Assembly (NCBI RefSeq): GCF_039974535.1
Contig: NZ_JBDWIU010000012.1
Span: 135,045-199,044, forward strand
DNA from: Litoreibacter sp.
GTDB taxonomy: Bacteria > Pseudomonadota > Alphaproteobacteria > Rhodobacterales > Rhodobacteraceae
Length of the DNA: 64,000 nucleotides
Direction of reading: 5' to 3'
In this document: positions 1 to 7,602 of the stretch, piece by piece
Position numbering within the stretch: the stretch's first letter is position 1
Layout: each line of letters opens with the position of its first letter
Translations under genes and position numbers: made by a program
Notes under the pieces: model-generated
The model's input: only the letters and a program-made list of their open reading frames with translations
What the model was told of the DNA's origin: nothing
Databases searched by the model: none

Positions 1-87
1 GGTCATGTCGGTCTCGCTCAATTGGCGCAGTATCTCGCGGCGTGTCGGGTCGGCGAGGGCCTTGAAGGTGGGTTGTTCTGTGATCAT
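1..87 (-). CDS. ArsR/SmtB-family transcriptional regulator, N-terminal part (runs off the left edge)
   Basis: Not in the ORF track. The minus strand from ATG 87 reads MITEQPTFKALADPTRREILRQLSETDMT; FxALADPTRRxIL is the ArsR helix-1 signature. The start overlaps the cupin stop (ATGA). Confidence 0.88.
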   Translation of the reverse strand, partial: MITEQPTFKALADPTRREILRQLSETDMT

Positions 88-503
88 GGCTGGCCTACGG
101 GAAGGAAATCAAACTGGCCGTCCTGATACAGGAATGCGACGCAAGGCACGTCCGATACGCAGCTGGAGACATGGGGCAGGTCTTTCGGGATCTTATAGAA
201 TGCCCCAGCCGATAAAACGGGTGCTGTTTGCGGGTTCACATGGGCGACATGTGTCATTTCCCCTTCCACCACGATGCCAAACATATTGGCGGTTTTCACG
301 TGGGGCGGACTGGCTAGGCCTGCAGGGAGGCGCACCATGGCCATATAGGCGCTCTCGAACCTGTTTCCTTCAAGTGCGGCGAAGGCGACCCCTTCAGGGG
401 TGGTTTGCCAATCGAGTTGCGACGTCGGGAGATTGGTAATCTGTGGCTCTGCAAATGCGGGCAGTGTAATCAGCGTTGCCAAGCCGAGTAGGGGGAAGCG
501 CAT
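84..503 (-). CDS. Secreted cupin-domain protein (DUF4437-like)
   Basis: Signal peptide (MRFPLLGLATLITLPAFA); cupin motifs PPHVKT...VVEGEM and FYKIPKDLPHVSSC. Confidence 0.8.
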   Translation of the reverse strand: MRFPLLGLATLITLPAFAEPQITNLPTSQLDWQTTPEGVAFAALEGNRFESAYMAMVRLPAGLASPPHVKTANMFGIVVEGEMTHVAHVNPQTAPVLSAGAFYKIPKDLPHVSSCVSDVPCVAFLYQDGQFDFLPVGQP

Positions 504-519
504 GGGGCTCTCCTGTAAG

Positions 520-562
520 TGAAACTATTTGGTATCATTTATATATGAAACCAAAAGGTATC
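520..562. promoter_or_regulatory. Two tandem imperfect palindromes GAAACY-N4-GGTATC (521-536, 547-562); probable ArsR autoregulatory operator
   Basis: GAAACT-ATTT-GGTATC and GAAACC-AAAA-GGTATC, 26 bp apart, just upstream of the cupin-arsR operon. Confidence 0.6.
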
Positions 563-592
563 GCGTCAAGTGATTCATTTTAGTTGATTTAT

Positions 593-607
593 GTTTACGT
601 TTTGTTC
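593..607 (+). promoter_or_regulatory. Alphaproteobacterial LexA (SOS) box GTTT-N7-GTTC
   Basis: One mismatch to GTTC-N7-GTTC, 11 nt upstream of the mmcB ATG; mmcB is a known SOS gene in Caulobacter. Confidence 0.75.
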
Positions 608-618
608 ACATTCCTTGA

Positions 619-1074
619 ATGCCCTTGAAACCGCCATTTAACTTGCAACCCGGTCAGCTTTTGGCCCGAGGTGTATCGCGCCACCTAACAACGCATGGCT
701 TTGCTTGCATTGAGGAATTTACGCCCGAGCGCGGAAAAAGGGTGGATGTTATGGGCCTTGGGCCGAAAGGGGAGTTGTGGGTTGTTGAATGCAAATCTTC
801 TCGCGCGGATTTCCAGTCTGACACCAAGTGGCACGGCTATTTGCAATGGTGTGATCGCTACTTTTGGGCGGTGGATGGGGATTTCCCAACCGAGCTATTG
901 CCCGACACCACAGGTCTGATTATCGCTGATGCTTATGACGCCGAGATCGTTCGGATGTGCCCTGAAGATAAGCTGGCCGGAGCGCGACGCAGGGTGCTAA
1001 CGCAAAAATTCGGGCGCGTTGCCGCGTTGAGGCTAAACCAGATGCGCGACCCAGACTTTAGACGCCTTGCCTAA
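619..1074 (+). CDS. mmcB: MmcB family DNA repair endonuclease (PD-(D/E)xK)
   Basis: RVDVMGLGPKGELWVVECKSSRADFQSDTKW..YLQWCDRYFWAV signature; SOS box upstream. Confidence 0.92.
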   Translation: MPLKPPFNLQPGQLLARGVSRHLTTHGFACIEEFTPERGKRVDVMGLGPKGELWVVECKSSRADFQSDTKWHGYLQWCDRYFWAVDGDFPTELLPDTTGLIIADAYDAEIVRMCPEDKLAGARRRVLTQKFGRVAALRLNQMRDPDFRRLA

Positions 1075-1192
1075 TCACATCAAATCCAGCCTGATTTTGA
1101 TTTGATTGAGTTAACTCATTGTAAACATAGGTAAAGCCGTTCGGTTCGTTCGGCTGTTTTAACACAAGAAAAGTGTTAACGGCGCACGGCTT

Positions 1193-1212
1193 GGGTAACC
1201 CGTGGGTTACCC
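1193..1212. terminator. Inverted repeat GGGTAACCC-GT-GGGTTACCC downstream of the small lipoprotein gene
   Basis: Perfect 9-bp arms 11 nt past the 1224 stop; no clear U-tract. Confidence 0.45.
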
Positions 1213-1223
1213 TCAGTGGCCCC

Positions 1224-1409
1224 TTAATCAACCGAGCATCCGGTGCCGCCGATGCCGTCGTCTTCGCCGGGAACGCATTCCTCAACCTTCGCGTGTGGGG
1301 CGGCCTCAACGGTGGTCTCGGCGATAATCGGTTCTTCAAGGATGAGGTATTCGGGGGTGGCACACCCTGCCAAAGTCAGTGCCAAGATCGCCGCTGCTAT
1401 CCGCTTCAT
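1224..1409 (-). CDS. 61-aa lipoprotein with C-terminal C-x5-DDGIGGTGC motif
   Basis: Lipobox LAGC; start overlaps the DUF6502 stop (ATGA). Confidence 0.85.
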   Translation of the reverse strand: MKRIAAAILALTLAGCATPEYLILEEPIIAETTVEAAPHAKVEECVPGEDDGIGGTGCSVD

Positions 1410-2140
1410 TTTGCGTCCTCAAAGTAGAAATATCCGCCTGCACGGAATCTGACGGGAGACGCATCGCTTGGCAACGCCTTCATCGCGGCGGCTTGGCTGT
1501 TGAGCTTCTCAAGCAACAGCATTTGCCCGTCGCGGTATTGCTGTTCCAGCGTGGCGACTTGGTCGGGCGAGAGGGCGGCGTAATGCACCGCGCGCTCAAA
1601 ATAGGGCGGCGCGTCGGAGGTGATGTTGACCGTTGCAGCGCTCAGGTGGTCACCCATGTTGCGCGCGAGATAGGCCATTTGGTCCTCGGACCCCGCCAGC
1701 GGTTGGTAGGAGGTCTCAACCAAGGTCACGGTCTCGCCGTCCACCGATACTGTCCCCGCGGCGATCAGCGTGTCCAACATCGTGCGCGGGTGGACGTCGC
1801 GGCGCACTTCCCATGCCAGCGCCTCGAATGACGGGGCGGGGCCGCTTTTGGGCAGGGGTTTATCCGCGTAATCCGCCTCGGTCTGCCACAGGGAGACAAG
1901 GCGTGACAGGTGGGTCAGGCGCGGCTCATTGGGGCGGAAGTCGCGCAAGCGGGCGACGTCGCGGCGCTGTAATCCGGTCATCACTGACAGGCGGCTGTCG
2001 GTTGGTTTCCCATCGCAGGTTTCACGTGCGGCTTCGACATAATGCGCTTTCAGGCGCTCCGCCAAGTCGGGGAAGGGGACGCCGAGGGTTACCATGAGGC
2101 GGGCAAACGGGGCGAGGAGGGCATCTAGCAAATCCAACAT
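1406..2140 (-). CDS. DUF6502-like putative HTH DNA-binding protein (start moved to ATG 2140)
   Basis: LLAPFARLMV..GVPFPDL, HTH-like SRLSVMTGLQRRDVARL, and DVHPRTMLDTL / YFERAVHY..LS motifs recalled for this family. Confidence 0.75.
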   Translation of the reverse strand: MLDLLDALLAPFARLMVTLGVPFPDLAERLKAHYVEAARETCDGKPTDSRLSVMTGLQRRDVARLRDFRPNEPRLTHLSRLVSLWQTEADYADKPLPKSGPAPSFEALAWEVRRDVHPRTMLDTLIAAGTVSVDGETVTLVETSYQPLAGSEDQMAYLARNMGDHLSAATVNITSDAPPYFERAVHYAALSPDQVATLEQQYRDGQMLLLEKLNSQAAAMKALPSDASPVRFRAGGYFYFEDAK

Positions 2141-2196
2141 ATGCGCAATATGCACATTTTTCTTGACGGCAGCAAGCGAATTTGAAATATGTGCAA
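2140..2196. promoter_or_regulatory. Overlapping divergent promoters between DUF6502 and the vWA gene
   Basis: Minus strand: TTGCTG-N17-CATATT, then 6 nt to the ATG (leaderless geometry). Plus strand: TTGACG (2163-2168)-N16-AAATAT. Inverted TGCACAT/ATGTGCA motifs flank the -35 elements. Confidence 0.5.
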
Positions 2197-2220
2197 GGTA
2201 CACATTGATTGGAGTTCCCC

Positions 2221-3540
2221 ATGATCAAGACATTTTCAGCCCCCAGAGTGTTTCCCCGAATGATTCCCTGCATGGCCCTTGTGACCAGTGCCATTTTGTC
2301 CGCATGTGACATGCCAGAAGGAGTGGTGTTAAGTGAGCCTGTGTTGATTGAGCCGGCAATAGCCCCCGCAAGCGCTAAGGTCGCGCCAACAATTGCACCG
2401 ACAATTGCACCGGCACCTGTTCCTTTGCCTCCGTCTCGCAATTCAGGGCGTGCGCGGCGCGGCGTTGTCACAGCGGGCGATATTGACGACGCATTGAACC
2501 TCGCGGCCTTCACCCGCTATCAGGCCAAATCGCGCAAAGAGCTAAAACTGCCGATGGCGAACCTGTCGACGCCCGTGTTGGCGCAGTTGCGCGGGGCCGA
2601 CGGCAAACCTGCACCGGGGGTGCGGATCACATTGCGCAAGCCGGGTGCGCAGGAGCCGTTCTATTCTGGATACTCGGGCGTGGACGGCATGATCTCGGTC
2701 TTTCCGGCGAGCCTTGGGGCAGGGCTATTGCGCGAGGTCGAGTTGCGCGCGATCCCAGAGGAGCAGGGTGCCCCCATGGTGCAACGCCTGAAGACTGGCC
2801 AGCGTGCGCAGGTACAACTGCCGTTTAGTGGGGACTGGAAGCCGGACTTCTTGGATATGGTGTTTGTGGTGGATACGACGGGGTCAATGGCGGATGAATT
2901 GGCGTGGCTGACCAAGGAATTGAAGGGGCTAACACGTCAGGCCAAGCGGGCGGCAAGTGGCGTCGATATTCGTTATGGTTTGGTGGTCTACCGCGATGAT
3001 GGGGATGCGTATGTGGTGAAAAACTATGGCTTCACCAAGCAACAGTCGCAGATGCAAGGTTGGCTGCGTCAGCAGTCTGCGGGCGGTGGCGGGGACTACC
3101 CTGAGGCGGCTGGTCGAGCTTTAGCCTCGGCGGCTGGTATGCAATGGCGAAGTGGTAAGGGGGAGCGGTTGATGATCCACGTCGCCGATGCGCCGGAGCA
3201 TAACAATCGCGCCAAAACCTACCTGCAAGCGGCACGCAAGGCGGCGTCTAAGGGAATCCAAGTGTTTGGGCTTGGGGCCAGCGGGGTTGGGCCTGAGGCG
3301 GAATACCTCATGCGCCAAGCGGCGGTGCAAACGGGTGGCCGCTACATGTTCCTAACCGATGACAGCGGCGTGGGCTACGGCCACCAAGAACCCACTGTGT
3401 CTTGCTACCGCGTCACGGCATTGACGGATTTGGTGGGGCGGGTGCTGCGCTCCGAGCTGACAGGGCGGCGCATTGAGGCGGCCCCGTCCAAGGTGGTGCG
3501 CGAAGTGGGCAGCTACCGCAATGGCGTCTGCTTGAACTAG
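2221..3540 (+). CDS. von Willebrand factor A domain lipoprotein
   Basis: GGAG SD before ATG 2221; lipobox LSAC; Pro/Ala linker; MIDAS motif VVDTTGSM, GGGDYPEA, HVADAP; C-terminal DDSGVGYGHQEP. Confidence 0.88.
   Translation: MIKTFSAPRVFPRMIPCMALVTSAILSACDMPEGVVLSEPVLIEPAIAPASAKVAPTIAPTIAPAPVPLPPSRNSGRARRGVVTAGDIDDALNLAAFTRYQAKSRKELKLPMANLSTPVLAQLRGADGKPAPGVRITLRKPGAQEPFYSGYSGVDGMISVFPASLGAGLLREVELRAIPEEQGAPMVQRLKTGQRAQVQLPFSGDWKPDFLDMVFVVDTTGSMADELAWLTKELKGLTRQAKRAASGVDIRYGLVVYRDDGDAYVVKNYGFTKQQSQMQGWLRQQSAGGGGDYPEAAGRALASAAGMQWRSGKGERLMIHVADAPEHNNRAKTYLQAARKAASKGIQVFGLGASGVGPEAEYLMRQAAVQTGGRYMFLTDDSGVGYGHQEPTVSCYRVTALTDLVGRVLRSELTGRRIEAAPSKVVREVGSYRNGVCLN
2383..2413 (+). repeat. 12-bp tandem repeat encoding APTI-APTI-AP in the vWA linker
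   Basis: gcgccaacaatt gcaccgacaatt gcaccgg. Confidence 0.7.
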
Positions 3541-3542
3541 CG

Positions 3543-3737
3543 TTACTTGCCTTTGGACATCGTGCGGGCGCCAGCTGCGGCCGCACGAATTTCTTCGGCA
3601 ATTTCTTCGGCTTCTTCGGGCTCAAAATCGAAAGGCAGCTCAACGCCGTCGGCCTCGACATAGATACGTACCATGCCGTCGGTGGTTGGACCGATTTGCA
3701 AGTTACCGGCGATTTCGCTTTCGCTGTTGATACCCAT
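3543..3737 (-). CDS. Small acidic conserved protein (DUF6324-like); start ATG 3737
   Basis: MGINSESEIAGNLQIGPT..GMVRIYVE...DFEPEEAEEIAEEIRAAA; AGGG SD upstream. Confidence 0.8.
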   Translation of the reverse strand: MGINSESEIAGNLQIGPTTDGMVRIYVEADGVELPFDFEPEEAEEIAEEIRAAAAGARTMSKGK

Positions 3738-3888
3738 AGGACCCTCTTTGTCTTGGCGTGACCCTGAGGTAGCCCTGATGCCGCCGCGAGGCAAGGGGCG
3801 GGTGCGGAAGGGAATTTCAAATTCGGCGAATTATTCGCATCAGCGGTCTTGCAATCGCTCACACCTATGGGTAAATCCCACGCAGTGT

Positions 3889-3965
3889 GCCGCCTTAGCT
3901 CAGTTGGTTAGAGCACTGGTTTGTGGAACCAGGGGTCCCCCGTTCGAGCCGGGGAGGCGGTACCA
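3889..3965 (+). tRNA. tRNA-His (GTG)
   Basis: Acceptor stem GCCGCCT/AGGCGGT, D-arm TAGCTCAGTTGGTTAGAGC, anticodon arm CTGGT-TTGTGGA-ACCAG, T-loop GTTCGAG, encoded CCA. Confidence 0.98.
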
Positions 3966-4048
3966 TCCCCCTTCAAGTTGGTAGTTGATGCGATCCGTGA
4001 AGAGATTTGCGCATGTCCGTGCGCCGTTATCGACGACACGCTCTGAAC

Positions 4049-4363
4049 CTATGGGCGAGAGTTTACCTTAATTTCCTGCGTGAGCTCGCCGCTGTCGCGA
4101 TCGAATATCAGGATCCGATTGTCGGATGTCACCACCGCGTACCATGTGGGGGCTTGCGTGAAGGCGGTTGTTTCAGTGCCGTCGGGTAAGGTTATGTAGT
4201 CTGGAATGGCGATGTCCGGCGCACCAGCGTTCAAGCGGATGACAACCAATGTAATCATCACTACAAGGCCCACAATCATCGTTGCGGTCAGGGTTGTTAC
4301 CAAGCGTCGCAAGAACTTTAGGTTGGCGGGCTCTTCCGCCGGAATTTCGGGATTATTGTCCAT
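4049..4363 (-). CDS. Single-TM conserved protein (DUF6476-like)
   Basis: EPANLKFLRRLVTTLTATMI TM segment; LPDG...FTQ..WYAVVT motif. Confidence 0.8.
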   Translation of the reverse strand: MDNNPEIPAEEPANLKFLRRLVTTLTATMIVGLVVMITLVVIRLNAGAPDIAIPDYITLPDGTETTAFTQAPTWYAVVTSDNRILIFDRDSGELTQEIKVNSRP

Positions 4364-5384
4364 GTCGCCTCAAACTATCGCGGTCGAGATCACTGACGCC
4401 CCGCCTGCGCGCCTTGATAAGGCATTGGCCTTGTTTGCACCAGTGGAGGCGCAGCTGAGCCGCTCACGTTTGGTCAAATTAATTGAACAAGGTGCGGTGT
4501 CACTGGACGGGGTGATTGTGGATCAGCCCAAAACCAAGGCGCAGCTGGGCCAAGTTTGGATGATCACCATTGGTGAAGCGGTCGATTACGACACCGTGGC
4601 CGAAGATATCCCGCTGGATGTGATCTATGAGGACGACGCGTTGATCGTGGTCAACAAGCCCGCGGGCATGGTGGTACATCCGGCACCCGGATCGCCTAAT
4701 GGTACCTTGGTGAATGCTTTGCTGCATCACTGCGTGGACAGCTTGTCGGGGATCGGCGGGGAGAAGCGACCGGGCATTGTGCACCGTATCGACAAGGAAA
4801 CCTCGGGGCTATTGGTCGTGGCCAAGACCGACATTGCGCATCAGGGACTGGCTAAGCAGTTCGAGAAGCACACGGTTGAGCGGCGCTACAACGCACTTGT
4901 TTACGGCGTGCCTGAGGCATCCGACCCGCGCATCAACGGCCTGCCGGGGGTGGCGTTTGAGCAGGGCAACATCCTGCGCGTGATCGCGAACCTTGCGCGT
5001 CACAAGACCGACCGCCAGCGCCAAGCGGTGGTGAAAAACACGGGCCGTCATGCGGTGACGCGGGCGCGGCTGTTGCAGCGCTTTGGCACGCCGCCTGTGG
5101 TGTCCTTGCTGGAGTGCTGGTTGGAAACCGGCCGCACGCATCAAATTCGCGTGCATATGGCCCATGTCGGGCACTCGCTCGTGGGGGATCCAGTTTATGG
5201 TGGTCGGCGGAAATTGGCCAAAAATGCGCTGCCAGAGACGGCACAAGAGGCGATCCGAGCCTTCCCACGTCAAGCGCTTCATGCGGCCACTTTGGGGTTC
5301 AAACACCCTGTTTCTGGTGAAATGATGCGGTTTGAGGCGGTTTTGCCGCCTGATTTTCAAGCGCTTTTAGAGGAATTGGGCTAA
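4362..5384 (+). CDS. rluD: RluA-family 23S rRNA pseudouridine synthase (RluD); start ATG 4362
   Basis: N-terminal S4 domain (RLDKAL..SRSRL), VVNKPAGMVVHP, catalytic HRIDKETSGL, LETGRTHQIRVH, QALHA. Confidence 0.93.
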   Translation: MSPQTIAVEITDAPPARLDKALALFAPVEAQLSRSRLVKLIEQGAVSLDGVIVDQPKTKAQLGQVWMITIGEAVDYDTVAEDIPLDVIYEDDALIVVNKPAGMVVHPAPGSPNGTLVNALLHHCVDSLSGIGGEKRPGIVHRIDKETSGLLVVAKTDIAHQGLAKQFEKHTVERRYNALVYGVPEASDPRINGLPGVAFEQGNILRVIANLARHKTDRQRQAVVKNTGRHAVTRARLLQRFGTPPVVSLLECWLETGRTHQIRVHMAHVGHSLVGDPVYGGRRKLAKNALPETAQEAIRAFPRQALHAATLGFKHPVSGEMMRFEAVLPPDFQALLEELG

Positions 5385-5491
5385 TTTCCTGACATTTATG
5401 TGAATAGTCGTAACATACCCCTTAACGAACGACCTCGGGCTTCCTACATTAACTATTGAGAAAGGCGCACAGTGTATGTGCGCTGCAAAAA

Positions 5492-5518
5492 CTTGAGTAG
5501 GGCGCAACCTGCTCATAT
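5492..5518 (+). promoter_or_regulatory. Candidate RpoH-type promoter CTTG-N18-CATAT upstream of rpoH
   Basis: Matches the alphaproteobacterial RpoH consensus; 44 nt before the ATG. Confidence 0.45.
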
Positions 5519-5562
5519 GTTCATTATCCGTATTGGCACACCTATTAAGGGGGGCACGCACT

Positions 5563-6459
5563 ATGTCGAATTACACATCATTACCAGCTCCAAGCCCTGA
5601 ACAGGGCCTAAACCGCTATATGCAAGAAATCCGCAAGTTCCCGATGCTGGAACCTGAGGAAGAATACATGCTGGCCAAACGTTGGGCAGATGACGAGGAC
5701 AGCGGTGCGGCGCACAAGCTTGTCACGTCCCACCTGCGCCTCGCGGCGAAGATCGCTATGGGCTATCGCGGCTACGGCCTGCCGACGGCTGAAGTGATCT
5801 CGGAGGCCAACGTGGGCCTGATGCAAGCGGTCAAAAAGTTCGACCCAGAGAAGGGCTTCCGCCTGTCGACTTATGCAATGTGGTGGATCCGCGCCTCCAT
5901 TCAGGAATACGTCCTGCGGTCGTGGTCCATGGTGAAGCTGGGCACGACGTCGGCGCAAAAGAAGCTGTTCTTTAACCTGCGCAAAGCCAAGAATCGCATC
6001 GGTGCGTTGGAAGAGGGTGACTTGCGCCCTGAAAACGTATCGCGCATCGCCAACGACCTGAACGTGACCGAGAAAGAAGTGATCTCGATGAACCGCCGGA
6101 TGTCTGGCGGGGACGCATCGTTGAACGCGGTGGTCTCGGCTGACGGCGAGGGTGCTACGCAGTGGCAAGATTGGTTGGAAGACGAGAACGCTGACCAAGC
6201 AAGCGACTATGAGGCCAAAGACGAGATGGAAACCCGCCGCGAATTGCTGGCGGAGGCCATGGACGTGCTGAATGACCGCGAGAAGGACATTTTGGTGCAA
6301 CGCCGCTTGCAAGAGAAGGCGATCACGTTGGAAGAGTTGTCGACACAATATGACGTGTCGCGCGAACGTATCCGCCAGATTGAGGTCCGCGCCTTTGAGA
6401 AGTTGCAAGAGCGCATGCGTGAATTGGCGGCGGACAAGGGGCTGCTTGAGAGCGCCTAA
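5563..6459 (+). CDS. rpoH: RNA polymerase sigma factor RpoH (sigma-32)
   Basis: Region 2 LVTSHLRLAAKIAMGYRGYGLP, RpoH box QKKLFFNLRK, region 4 VSRERIRQIE. Confidence 0.97.
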   Translation: MSNYTSLPAPSPEQGLNRYMQEIRKFPMLEPEEEYMLAKRWADDEDSGAAHKLVTSHLRLAAKIAMGYRGYGLPTAEVISEANVGLMQAVKKFDPEKGFRLSTYAMWWIRASIQEYVLRSWSMVKLGTTSAQKKLFFNLRKAKNRIGALEEGDLRPENVSRIANDLNVTEKEVISMNRRMSGGDASLNAVVSADGEGATQWQDWLEDENADQASDYEAKDEMETRRELLAEAMDVLNDREKDILVQRRLQEKAITLEELSTQYDVSRERIRQIEVRAFEKLQERMRELAADKGLLESA

Positions 6460-6482
6460 CTTTTGCCAAACTGAATTGAGAC

Positions 6483-6510
6483 AAGGGCCGTGCAATGCGC
6501 GGCCCTTTTT
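6483..6510 (+). terminator. Intrinsic terminator after rpoH
   Basis: AAGGGCCG...CGGCCCTT stem followed by a U-run. Confidence 0.85.
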
Positions 6511-6571
6511 CGTGGTCGCGGGGCGAAGGGCTGTGCCGGATTAAGTAAGAAGTGATCGAATTGGTGGTTGA

Positions 6572-7564
6572 ATGATGTATTCGCGCGTGACGCCTGTGGT
6601 GTTGTTTACGATTTTTTGTCTAAGTGTCACAGGGGCTTACCTGAATGAAGGGCGCCGATCCTTAAAGCATCCCGCCGCCATGAGTGAGGCGAAGATGCAG
6701 GCACTAGATCTCTATTATACCGAGATGAAACTGGCGTTGCAGGTCGGGGATAATGGCCGCTTTGAGGAATTGATCACCCGTCAGGTTCTCGACATGGTGA
6801 CGGATGACGTGGATAGCTTCGAGGTCGACGTACTGCCCCAACCTTACCAAGAATTGCGAGACTTGATGCTGAAGGGCAGTGTCGCTTCGGCGCAGGCGTT
6901 CTTGACGGCCCACCCAAATTTAGACCTCAACGCCCCGCAAGGGCGCTACGGTGCGGTGCCGATAATTTGGGCCACGGGGCATATGGATGCAGTTCCTTCA
7001 ATGGTGAAGTTGCTTTTGGCCCATGGTGCCGATCCCAAAGTGCGCAGCGAGCGCGGCTATAACGTGCTGCATGCGGCGGCCTCACCGTTTAATTACTTCG
7101 CAGGCGCGTCGGATGCGGAAAACATGTTGAAATTGCTTCCGGCCGAGCTGGTGGCGGGCACCACCCAGATGGGGCTCACGCCGTTGCATCTGGCGTTGCT
7201 AAATGGGCAGCCAGAGTTGGCGATAAGTTTGCTGGCGCATGGGGCTGATCCGGATGCTCCCCCACCGTCACACGTGTCTCAAAGCTTCATGCCGGGGTAT
7301 CCACCTTTGATGATTGCGGGAGGCGATGTTTCTATTGTGCAAGCTTTGCTGGCGGCTGGGGCGGACCCGACTGCGGTCAACGCGTCGGGGCGTAGTATTA
7401 TGGACGTCGTGTCCGAAGGCGCGATTGCGGCGGAACGCGACTTGCAAGAACGCATTAGTGCGAGTGCTGCCGAAGCAAGCGACCGCGAATACGCGGCGGA
7501 CTATGCGCGCGCGCGCGATATTATTCGCGCCGCCCTCGATGGGCGCTTGGCGGGCGACGGTTGA
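6572..7564 (+). CDS. Ankyrin-repeat protein with N-terminal hydrophobic segment
   Basis: Ankyrin repeats: GAVPIIWA..LLLAHGADP, GYNVLHAAA, GLTPLHLALLNG..LLAHGADP, GYPPLMIA..LLAAGADP. Confidence 0.85.
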   Translation: MMYSRVTPVVLFTIFCLSVTGAYLNEGRRSLKHPAAMSEAKMQALDLYYTEMKLALQVGDNGRFEELITRQVLDMVTDDVDSFEVDVLPQPYQELRDLMLKGSVASAQAFLTAHPNLDLNAPQGRYGAVPIIWATGHMDAVPSMVKLLLAHGADPKVRSERGYNVLHAAASPFNYFAGASDAENMLKLLPAELVAGTTQMGLTPLHLALLNGQPELAISLLAHGADPDAPPPSHVSQSFMPGYPPLMIAGGDVSIVQALLAAGADPTAVNASGRSIMDVVSEGAIAAERDLQERISASAAEASDREYAADYARARDIIRAALDGRLAGDG

Positions 7565-7602
7565 GGCACTAACCTTCAGCGAAACCGTTGGAGGAGATGA
7601 TC

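Noticed and set aside
3889-4048. tRNA-His as a prophage or island attachment site
   Set aside because: No integrase nearby, and I saw no duplicate of the tRNA 3' end in the window.
5608-6495. 295-aa ORF antisense to rpoH; similar long antisense ORFs over pyc (21428-22426, 22616-23716), proS (46120-47322), the helicase (55846-56940) and pccA (32704-33396)
   Set aside because: Shadow frames caused by the codon bias of highly expressed genes; no motifs, no SD, and fully nested opposite real genes.
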